In this document: piece after piece, positions 27,001 to 39,000 of the stretch | How positions within the stretch are numbered: the stretch's first letter is position 1 | Layout: each line of letters begins with the position of its first letter | Assembly (NCBI RefSeq): GCF_036321535.1 | Contig: NC_087437.1 | Span: forward strand, 75,704,001-75,768,000 | Direction of reading: 5' to 3' | Length of the DNA stretch: 64,000 nt | From: Camelus dromedarius | Taxonomy: Eukaryota | Notes under the pieces: generated by a model | The model's input: the letters and a program-made list of their open reading frames with translations, nothing else | Told to the model about the DNA's origin: nothing | Databases searched by the model: none | Made by a program: the position numbers and the translations under genes

Positions 27001-30000
27001 CCCAGCAAAAACTTTACAACTGCAAGCATCTCATCATCAGATTTACTAATGGGCATTGCGTCTTTGAAGATGGATAAGCATGATGCCGTCGTAGGAAACT
27101 ACACTTGTGAAGTAACAGAATTAAGCAGAGAAGGTGAAACCATCGTAGAATTAAAATATCGTATTGGTAAGACTTCTATAAAGTTTCCCTTTTATTTCTC
27201 CTGCAGCAGCCTGATCCTGTTAGAAACGCGGCGGTGGGGGCACAAAATGGGGCTAGGAATTCCGTTGAATCAAAAAGCAGGCTATTAATAATAAATGTTG
27301 ATGAGATGTTTATCAGCTTTAAGGTCATGAGTTTTATCTTACTTGCGCTTCTGCTCTTCGTTTGTTAATTTGTACATTGTGTGGTTCTCAAACTTTTGGT
27401 CTAAGGACTGCTCTTTTGGGGTGAGCAGTCCTGGGGTTGTCTATTCTGCATTGCTGTTTGCTGCCGTCAAAATTTTCTTTCACGTGATTCATTTTCAAGC
27501 CTTGTTCCAATTAGTTAGCCTTTTTCTTTTTTTAACCTTATACTTTGATCAAGGGTTGGCAAGTCCCAGCCATGTTTCTTCTGGAAAGACTAGATTAGGA
27601 GGAGAATTAGAAGATTAAAAATCAGGTTATCCTGGATGATTCCTTGAGGCTCCCCTGTGCTTAGCCTTGCTTTGGTTTTCTTTTCCTTGGCCAGGGTGTG
27701 GGAGCGCTAGAGATCCCAGTTAATTTATTTAAATTCAGCCTTGGTTATAGCACCATGATTCTGCTCTGTCTTCCCAAACTTGAGTTTTGGTGAGTTGCGT
27801 AAAGCAGTCAAGTTAGCTGATAAAAAAAAAAGTCCCCTTTCTTTTCTGTCCTTTGCTGTTCTAGCTGATTTCTTCAACCACGTAGAAGTACACTCCAGTT
27901 TTATATTTTGAAAGCTGTTTAGAATCACTAGACATAACACTGATCTCAGGATTAGACCATGCTTTGAGAACCTCTGCTTTAAATGGGATCAGATCAATTC
28001 AGTTGGGTCCACTCTTTGCCCCTGTTCTTCTTTTGCTTGCTGTTACAAAATTTCTGTTACCAGACTGGGAATGAGGTGCGTAGTTTGGTGGAATATTTTG
28101 ACATTGTTTAGGATTAGGAATCAGGAGATCAGAGGTATATACCCTGTTCTGCAACTTAACTCTTCACCTGTATGATATTGAAAAGCTGCTTCACCAAATT
28201 ACCTCATCTCTAAAATGGGGATGAAATAGATCCCTGCTTTTATGAATTCTTTTCTGAAGTCTAGTGAGCACCATATGAGATCGCTAGTGTGCAAGTGCTT
28301 TGTGAGCCAAAGTGCTTTTGCAAATGTAAATCGTGTTCCTGGGATGTTTGCTTTATGAAGGAAGGTATCAGGTTGCCGAAACTGGCCCGGGTGTTGCGGA
28401 AGGGATTTTCATGCCGTGAGGATTGGGCAGGAGATGGCTTAGAGCAGGCCAGCAGAATCTGGAACGCTTTTATGCTCAGAAATCTCTCTTATATTTTAAC
28501 TTTTATTAATTTAATGTTAATTTGAGTTAAAGAGATTTTTTTTTTGAGGTATACCTTTCAGCAGGGGTCTAATGTGGAATTAGATAAACTAATATCTAGT
28601 TGAAATTTTTCTGAGGGAATGTACAGATTCATTGAAAAGAAAAAACAGGACATGGGGGTGCAGTAATTTTGGGGTGTAGTGTAGGTCACTGAGAGGCAAA
28701 CGATAAATCTTATGTTCACTAATAGATTTTATGAATATATCCTAAGACTGTTAAAGATTGTTCTGTGTATAGAGAGGGAGGCCAGTGAAAGAACATTTCA
28801 TTGTCAGCCCACCTTGAATGTGAGATCAGATACTGGCTATATTTTGAAGGTAGTGACCACAGGATTTACCATCAGACCAGACGTAGGGTGTGGGAGAAAC
28901 CAGGGAGTCAAGGATGACTCCAAGATTTTTGGCCTGAGCCACTGAAGAAATGGAGTCACCACTACTGAAATGGGGAAAACCAAGGGGAGGTTTGGTGTCA
29001 GGAGTCAGTTTGGGACATGAAAATTCAAGTTCCTTAAGACCTTTAATTCACTGTGCCTCAGTTTCCTCGGTGTTAAGGAGGAGTTCATAATTCTTCATAT
29101 AATAATTGTGAAGATTTGAGGAGTTAATGTATACAACTCAACAATAGAGAAAGCAAGTAGAGATAAAAATAAGTTGATTAAGAATAGTTATTAGATCATA
29201 GAGCTTTTTCCAAATACTTTGGGTATTAGATATGAAAACCTAAGGATAATTTATGAAGGTTTTTCCTGGTAGGATTTTAGACTGAATGGGAATGGGTTTT
29301 CTTTGGTATAGGAAGATGCTCAGTGATTCAGTTGGACCATAAGGTATTAATTCAGAGTATCTGAAAACCTTTGTCTCTTGGTAGAGCTCTGCAACCGGGG
29401 GATCATCCAAAAAAACAAAAAACTGTCTTTCATTCACTCACTAAACTATTTTGTGACTATTGGAACCTTCAGCAACAAACCAGCTGAGTCTCTACTGTGG
29501 GTAGGGCAAAATGCTAGGTGATGGAAAGCTAGTATCTGTAAGATAGAAAATTTAACATTATATTCTGGGGATTATTGTGAACGTTTACCAGAGTTTAAGA
29601 TTATAAGCTTAACACAAGAAATGCATGGGTAGCATTATGGTATGAAAACCCACGAGATTCCTTCCATGCCAGTACAAAGAGGCAGAGCAGTGAAAGATGT
29701 GAACGGGTTAATTTTAGAGGAACACGGGTGGCTAGCTTTGGGCAGCATTCAGAAGTGTTCTTCACACAGCACGTTCCCTCTATACAGGCAAACTTTGAAA
29801 TACTTTCAGTGCGTTTACTTGGCTTTATTGTTAGAGAAGAAAATTTCACAGGTAAAATTATGGTCTTAAGAGTTGATAAGATGCAATTAAACTTAATTTT
29901 TTAAACGTTTTTAACAAATCTTATCTGAAGTCTTAACATCACCATTTCCTTTATATAGAATGTGTGGTTATATTATCCCTCTCTAGGTAACGTGTGACCC

Positions 30001-33000
30001 ACTCAGTAGAAGCTTCCTTAATACCTAAAGCCCCTCACATTACTTTATGTGTAAACAATCATTTGAAGCCTAATTGTTCATGAATGCATCTTCTGGTCCA
30101 GAGTAAGTTCGAGAAAAGCTAGGGCTCATATCTGTCTTGGTTTTAGTCGGAGTCAGGCGAAGGTACCTAGCTATATGACTTCCTCACTTTGGTACCCCGG
30201 GTGAGTCTTTGCAGGAAGACTTCACTGTTGCTTTAAGGTAAATTCTTGGCATTTTGCGAACACAGGTATCACCACAGAAGCACATAATACTAATTGTAGT
30301 TAATGTCTGAGGAGCACTTGGTAAGGGCCAAGGTTTGTTTTAGGCCCTTTGCATGTATTAACTTTGTTAACAGTCACAATGGTCAGTTTACCAGTGTAAC
30401 ACTGGAGGACACTGATGAGCAGAGAGGTATTAAGACTCTGTCCAAGGTCACAGAAATTATAAGTTAGGGTTGGGTTTCAAAACCAGGTACTGTGGTCCAG
30501 AACCTTGTTCTCAGCTCCTGTGCTATACCACCTCCTTCCACAAAGCATAGGTTAGGGGAAATGTGGTGAAAAGCACTTAAATAACTTTCTTTCATAAGTA
30601 AAATTTGTTATATAAGTAAATTATACTGTAACTTGTTACTTATTTATTTTAAAGCCAAACCTTTATTTGATTATTTTTATTTCCCGTCTCCATAATAAAA
30701 TATATTGTTGACCGTTTATTGGCAGGAGTTCAAGTGAGTATAGTAAATGTTAATTGTGATTTTTGTTTTCTTTCTTCCCAGTTTCATGGTTTTCTCCAAA
30801 TGAAAATATCCTCACTGTTGTTTTCCCAGTTTTGGCTATACTTCTGTTTTGGGGACAGTTTGGTATTGTGAGTAAGTATTTATTTCTGTTTTTGGTTTCT
30901 GTTTCAGTGGTTAAATTGTTATTTCCAGAAGGCAGTTAGTGAAATAGTTTATTTAAAACCAAATTGTATTAGAAAGTGTGATAATGTGATAAATAAGAAT
31001 ATATAGTTAATATTAATATTCTCCTTGAATTCTGTTTTATCCCTATAATTTGCTACAATTCATTTTTAATTCCTAAGAAGGTTTTTTTTTTTTTTAACTT
31101 CTTAAGAATAATCATTGGGAGTCATGATAATAACAGTACCTTTAACTCAGCTATTTTTAATGTTTATATTTACACACACATGTTATTTTCCTTGGTAAAG
31201 AGAAGGTCACAGCCTACATTAGCATTGAGATACGATGTCATAGAAGCAAGGGATCAAGATAGCAGAGTAGGAAGATCCTCAGCTCTCCTCCTCCCACAGC
31301 ACACCAAAATTACAGCTACTTACAGAGCAACTATCTCTGACAATGACCTGAAGACTAGCAGGAAAGATCTTCTACAACTAAATATGTAAAGAAGAAACCA
31401 CCACCAGATGAGTAGGAGGGGCAGAGACATGGTCTAATCAGGACCCACACTCCTGGCACAGTGACCGTTAAGTGAGAGGAAAATCACAGTGATGGAGGTC
31501 CTCCCCGAAGACTGAGAGATCAAGCCCCACATCAGGCTCCCCAGCCTGGGGTCGTAAATGAGGAATATGAGCGCCTAAAACGTCTGACTTTGAAAACCAG
31601 TGGAACTTATGTTTGGGAGAGCCAGGGGGTTGTAGGGTACTGAGACTCTGCTCTTGAATGGCACATGCGAAAACGCACTTGCTCCAAGTCCCTTCACAGA
31701 GGCAGCAGTTTGAAAGGCACCTGAGTCAGACCCACTTGCTTGTTTTGGAGAGCCTCCCTGAAAGCAGGGGGCAGCTGGGGTTCCCCCTAGAAACTGAGAT
31801 GCTGGCAGCAGCCATTTTTGTGATCTTGTTCTACCAAACTGACACCTGCATTGGTGGACACCATTGTGAAACCCTCACTCTAGCATATTAGCACCAGGGG
31901 CTGGCCCGGCCCACCAGCACACTTGTAGCAGTCCCATGCTTCCAGGTCTCACAGCCAGCAGCGCTTGGGGTCCAATCCTGCCCACTAGTGTGCCCACGGG
32001 AGCCACACAATTAGCCATGCTGGAGGGCCTGCCTCCCTGCCCCCCGCAACATGCCCACAGCAGTCAGCCTCACAGAATAGAAGGATATACCCAGCCCACA
32101 TAGGGGACACCGGACACCCCTGGAGTATCTGGCTTTGGTAGCCAGAGGGAAGCTTGCTGCTGGGCCCCATAGGACATCTATATAGGGCCACTTCCCTAAG
32201 ATCACGAGATGTAATAGAACTACCTAATACATAGAAGTAAACACAGAGCATTAGGCAATATGAGGAGACAAAGGACTATGTTTCAAATGAAAGAACAAGA
32301 CAAAATCTCAGAAAAAGAGCTAAATGAAATGCAGATAAGCAATCTACCTGATAAAAGAGTTTAAGGTAATGATCATAAAGATGCTTAATGTCCAAGAAGA
32401 ATGAATGAACATGGTGGGAACTTCAACAGAGAGTTAGAACACAGAAGAAAGAACCAATCAGAGTTGAAGAATACAATAACTGAAATGAAAAATACAGTAG
32501 AGGAGATCAGCAGTAGATCAGGTGATACGGAAGGATGGATCAGTGATCTGGAATACAGCATACTGGAAATCCCCCTAACTAAGCAGAAAACAAAACAGAA
32601 CAAAAGAAAAAACCAAAAAGAATTTTTAAAAGTGAGAGACAGTTTAAGGGACCTTTGGGACAGCATCAAACGTATTAACATTCACGTTATAGGAGAAGAA
32701 GAGAGAGGACAGAAAACATATTTCAAGAAATAATGGCTAAAACTTCTCTATTCTGGGGAAGAAAAGAGATACTAAGATCCAAGAAGCATAGTCCCAAGAA
32801 AGATGAATCAAAAAAGATCCACACCAAGAGATATCATGATTAAAATGACAGAAGTTAAAGAGAGCTTTAAAGGCAGCAAAAGAAAAACAACTGCTGATCA
32901 CAATCACAGGAACTCCCAAAAAGCAATCAGCCAGTTTTTCAGCAGAAACTTTACAGGCCAGAGGGAAAGGCATGATATATTTAAAATGCTGAAAGAGGAA

Positions 33001-36000
33001 AAAAAAAAAAAAACCTTACAATCAAAAATACTCTACCTGGCAGGGTTGCCATTCAGAATTGAATGAGAAAGAAAGAATTTCCCAGACAAGCCAAAACTAA
33101 AAGAGTTCATCACCACTAAACCAGCCTTAGAAGAAATGTTAAAGGATCTAAGTAGAGAATAAAAGGCCATAACTAGAAATAAGAAAGTATATGAAAGTCA
33201 AACTCTAACTGGTAAAGGCAAATACATAGTAAAGGCAGTGGATCATCACTTAAAAAGTTAACATGAAGGTTAAATGACGGAAGTTGTCAAATCAACCAAA
33301 ACTACAATAAGCGTTATTTGTGTATATGGAGTAAAAATATATAAATATAACATCAAAAATGTAAAACATGATGGGGGGAGTAAAAATGTAGTTTTCAGAA
33401 CGTGTTTGAACTTAAGTGACTATCAGCTTAAAACAGTCTGCTGTGTATGTAGGTCCATATATATAAACCTCATAACCATAAACCAAAAACCTACAATAAA
33501 TACCCAAAAAGTAAAGATAAAGAAAACCAAACACAAAACTAAAGAAAATCATCAAACCACAACAGAAGAAACTAAAGGAAGAAGAAAGGAACAGAGAAGA
33601 ACTACTAAGACAACTAGAAAACAATTAACAAAATGACAGTAAGTGCATCTCTATCACTGATCACTTTAAGTGTAAATGGACTAAATGCTCTAATCAAAAG
33701 ACACAGAGTGGCTTGAATGGATACATAAACAAGACCTATCTATATGCTGCCTACAAGAAACTCACTTCAATCCTAAAGACATATACAGATTAGAAATGAA
33801 AGGATGGAAAAATATATTCCTTACAAATGGAAACAAAAAGAAAGCTGGAGTACCGATACTCACGTTAGATAAGATAGACTTTAAAACAAAGACTTTAACA
33901 GAAGACAAAGAAGGGCGTAACATAAGGATAAAGGGGTCAATCCCAAAGGATAGAACTTTATAAATATTTATGCACCCAAGAAAGAATCACCTAAGTATAT
34001 AAAACAAGTAGTAAACATAAAGGGGAGAATTGATAATAAATAAAACAAAAGTAGGGGATTTTAGTACTCCACTTACGTCAATGAATAGATCATCTACATA
34101 GAAAATTAATGAGAAAACATTGGCCTTAAATGACACATCAGACTTGATGGAATTATTTTATATATATGTGTGTGTATGTGTATGTATGTGTGTATGTACA
34201 CATACACACACACACACATATATATATACACATACATACATATAGGACATTCCATCCAAAAGCAACAGAATACATACTCTTTTCAAGTGCACATGGAATA
34301 GTCTCCAACACAGATCATGTGCTAGGCCACAGAACCAGTCTCAGTTTAAAAATCAAGCATTTTTTCCTATCGCAATAGTATGAAACTAGAAATGAACTGC
34401 AAGAAGAAAAATGGAAAAAAATAGTAACATGTGGAGGCTAAACAACATGCTGCTAAAAAACTAATGAGTCACTGAGGAAATCAAAACACACCTGGAGACA
34501 AATGAAAATGGAAACACAATGATCCAAAATCTATGGGATGTAGCAAAAGCAGTTCTAAAAGGGATATTTATAGTGCTACAGGCCTACCTCAAGAAACAAG
34601 ATATATCTCTACAATGGAACACTGCTCAGCCATAAAAAGAATAAAATAATGCCATTTGCAGCAATATGTATGGATCTGAAGATCATTCTAAGTGAAGTGG
34701 GCCAGAAAGAGAAAGATAAATGCCACATGGTATCACTTATAAGTGGAATCTAAAATAATAATAATAATAATAAGGATACAAATGAACTGCTTATTATTTA
34801 TAACTAAGGTGATTGATTTCTTGAATATATGTAAGCTGTCTTTTATGATTGTATTACCACATTCTGTTGATTCTTACTTTGTGGTTGGCTTTATTCCTTT
34901 GATAACTATGTAAGTTTAAAAAGCTAAAGCTCTAATCTGTTCTTAGAAACAATGATCAGTACATATATGTAAACTAAAAAAAATGTGCAGTATATTATAT
35001 GTATGTATTTACTTGCAATATAATGTATATGTGCAATTGAACTGTAGTAATTCTACCTAATAAAACTGAAAAAGGAAAAAGAAAAGAAACAAGATACCTC
35101 TCAAATAAAGAGTCTCACCTTATACCTAAGGAACTATAAAAGAGGAACCAACAAAGCCCAAAGTTGGTAGAAAGAAGGAAATAATAAAGATCAGAGCAAA
35201 AATAAATGAAAAAGAGACTAACAAAAAAATGGGAAAGAATAGTGGAACTGTGAGCTGGTTCTTAGAAAAGATAAACAGAATTAATAAACCTTTCACCAGA
35301 TTCATCAAGAAAAAAAGAGAAAGACACAAATAAATAAAATAAGAAATGAAAGAGAAGTTACAACTGACACCACAAAAATACAAAGGATTATAAGAGAGTA
35401 CTACAAAGAATTATACACCAACAAATTGAACAACCTAGAAGAAATAAATTCCTAAAAACATACAATCTTCCAAGACTGAATTAAGAAGAAATAGAGAATC
35501 TGAACAGACCAATTACTGAAAGTGAAATTGAATTCATAATAAGAAACTCCCAGCAGACAAAAGTCTGGGAGCAGACAGTTTCACAGGTGAATCTACTACA
35601 CATTTAAAGAAGAGTTATTTCCTATCCTCCTCAAACTATTCCAAAAAAACTGAAGAAGGAACATGCTTAAAATTTTCTATGAGGCCAGATTTACCCTGAT
35701 ACCAAAACCAGACAAAGACACTAGGGAAAAAAAAAATTTCAGGCCAATATCCCTGACGAACATAAATGCAAAAATCCTTTACAAAATACTAACAAAATGA
35801 ATTCAAAAATATGTTAAAAGGATCATACATTATAATCAAGTGGGGTATATCCCAGGGATGGTTCAGTATCTTCCGATTGAATGATAACCATCCCAATAGA
35901 TAAAGCATTTGACAAAAATCCAATATCCATTTATAATAAAAACTCTCAACAAAGTGGGTATACCCAACATAATAAAGTCCGTATATAACAAACCCACAGC

Positions 36001-39000
36001 TAACATCATACTCAGTGGAGAAAAGCTGAAGGCTTTTCCTCTAAGATCAGGAACAAGACAAGGATGCTCACTCTCACCACTTTTATTCAACATAGTATTG
36101 GAAATCCTAGCTATGGCAATCAGACAAGAAAAGGAGATAAAATGCATCTAATTGAAAAGGAAAAAGTAAAACTGTCACACTTGCAGATATGATACTATAT
36201 ATAGAAAACCCTAAAGACCATCAAAAAACTATGAGAACTGATAAATTAATTCAGTTTAAGTTGTAGCATACAAAATCAACGTACAGAAATCCGTTGCATT
36301 TCTATATACTAAGAATGAACGGTCAGAAAGAGAAATTTAAAAAACAATCCAATTTACAATTGCATCAAAAAGAATAGAATAAAAAAAGAAGAGTAGAATA
36401 CATAGGAGTAAATTTAACCAATGAGATGAAAGACCTATACTCTGAAACTATAATACACTGATGTAAAAAGTTGAAGATGCCATGGATAAATGGAAAGATA
36501 TTCTGTGCTCATAGATTGGAAGAATTAATATTGTTAAAATGTCCATACTACACAAAGCAATCTACAGATTTAATGAATCCCTATCAAAATACCAATGGCT
36601 TTTTTTTTTTTTTACAGAACTAGAACAAACAATCCAAATTTACATAGAAACACAAAAGACCCTGAATAATCAATCTTAAGAAAGAAAAACAAAGCTGCAG
36701 GTTATCGCTCTCCTGATTTCAAACTATACCACAAAGCTTTATTAATCAAAACTATATGTTATTGGCACAAAAACAGACACATAAATCAGTGGAACAAAAT
36801 TAAGCACCCAGAAATAAACCCACACACTTATGGTCAATTAATTTACAACAAAGGGGCCAAAACTGTACTGTAGTGGGGAAAAGACAGTCTCTCTTTAATA
36901 AACAATGTTAGGAAAACTGGACAGGTATGTGTAAAAGAATGAAACTAGACTACTTACTGGCACTATATCCCAACGTGAACTCAAGTGGATTAAAGACTTA
37001 AATGTAAAATCTGGAACCACAAAACTCCTAGAAGAAAATGTGGGCAGTACGCTCTTTGACATTGGTCTTAGCAATACTTTTTGGCTCTGTCTCCTCAGCA
37101 AGAGCAGCAAAATAAAAAATAAACAAATAGGAGTACATCAAACTATAAAAAGCTTTTGCACAGTGAAGGAAACCATCAACAAAATGAAAAGACAAACTAC
37201 CAAATGTGAGTAGATATTTACAAATGATGTATCTGATAAAGAGTTAATATCCCAAATATATAAAGAATTCACACATGTCACTATCAAACCCCCCCCCCAA
37301 ACCAAAAACAAATAGTCTGGTTAAAAAATGGGCAAAAGATCTGAATAGACGCTTTTTCAAGTAAGTCATTCATACGGCCAACAGACACATGGAAAGGTGC
37401 TCTCTGTCCCTAAGCATCATGGAAATGCAAATAATAACCAGAATGAGAAATCAGTTCACGTCTGTCAGAATAACTATTATCAAAAAGACGACTGACAAGT
37501 GTTGACGAGGATGTGGATAACAGGGAACCTTTGTGCACTGTTGATGGGAATGTAAACTGGTACAGTCATTATGGAAAACATGATGGAGGTTCCTCAGACA
37601 ACTAAAAATAGAACTACCATAGAATCCAGCAATTCTACTTCTGGGTATTTACCTGAAGAAAATAAAAACACTAATTTGAAAAGATATATGCACCCTTATG
37701 TTCATTGTAGCATTATTTAAAATATCCAAGATATGGAAGCAACGTAAGTGACCGCTGTTAAATGAATGGATAAAGAAGGTGTGATATATATAATGGAATA
37801 TTCCTCAACCATTACTTGCCATTTGCAACAACGTGGTAGGACCTAGAGGGTATTAGGTAAGTAAGATAAATCTGACAGAAAAAGGCAAATACCATATGAC
37901 TTCACTTATATATGGAATCTAAAAAACAAAACAAATGAGCAAACAGAACAGAAACAGATACAGAGCACAAACTGGTGGTAATCAGAAGAAGGGAGATTTG
38001 GGTCGGATGGGCAAAATGGGTGAAGGGGATTAAGGGCCACAAACTTGCAGTTTTAAAATAAATAAGTCACAAGGATGTAACGTGCAGCATGGAAAATGCA
38101 GTCAGTTAGCTTTGTATGGTGACAGATGGTTGCTAGCCTGATGGTGATCAGTTTGTAATGTATATAAATGTCTACTCCCTGTGTTGTGCATTTAAAGCAG
38201 ATATAATATTGTATGTCAACTGTGTATTTCAGTTTAAAAAATAGGATGTTATTCTTTTGAGTATTGACTTCCCTTTCTTTATTTTCCCAGTTAGAACCTC
38301 TGTATATATCTCTTCATCCTTAGAAAAGCCCAGTTTGAACCATGTTTTGTCATCCTTACTGTGTGATTCTGTAGCTTCTGATGACGTAGCCATAGGAGAG
38401 CTGTGTTTTTTGATCACGTTTTGCTATAATAATTGTGTGACCAAACTTTTCAGGGCAAATCTTGATGCTGTATCAGATTTAACATCAACAATGTAGAATT
38501 GTCACTAGTGGGTAAAAAGGTATTTTGCATTCTGGTTGATATTTATATACAATCATATTTCCATAACAATTTGGTAAAGGAGATTTACTAAGTTAGTGAA
38601 GTTCTAAGGTGAGAGTCTAACCTTTTAAACTTTTACAATGTAAAATTTATTTCTTGTCCCCCTGAAATAGTCAGTCACTGAAGGCCAGTAAATATTTATG
38701 TAAGCATTAAATAATGATGATTTCATTTATTTATTTCATCCTGCAACCTTTATAAAAGTGAAAGCTAGTAAAATGTTGTAGTGGATTGACCTGTTATATT
38801 TTGGTGGATTTTACCTTCACTCAGAAGTTTAAGTCGTGTGTGTCTAAAGTGATACGTAGAAATGGAAGCAAGATGACTGATTATGTATTCTGAGGTCTGT
38901 TCTTTGTGTATGGCACTCTGGAAATGCTTTGTGGTATCAAAGCTGTTCTCAGCTTTTGTCTAAAAGGCAAAAAAGGGAAGAAAGGGCTAAGGGAGACAAC

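Larger units (their letters stand above)
31242..38240 (+). mobile_element. Near-full-length inactivated L1 (5'UTR, ORF1 remnant about 32260-33150, ORF2 remnant about 33633-37900, 3'UTR), sense in CD47 intron 3
   Basis: ORF1-like peptides ([15 protein letters not shown]..., [11 protein letters not shown]), endonuclease motif tgctgcctacaagaaactcacttc, RT peptide [28 protein letters not shown]; many stops and frameshifts; degenerate TSD atacgatgtcat 31230-31241 / ataggatgttat 38241-38252. Confidence 0.95.

Noticed and set aside
3100..29030. Long-range inverted similarity between about 3100-3240 and 28810-28950
   Set aside because: Two independent L2 copies; one lies upstream of the transcription unit, so they would not pair in the pre-mRNA.
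32260..37900. L1 ORF1/ORF2 as an active or domesticated gene
   Set aside because: Many stops and frameshifts, an apparent deletion in the RT region near 35870, a microsatellite and a nested insertion.
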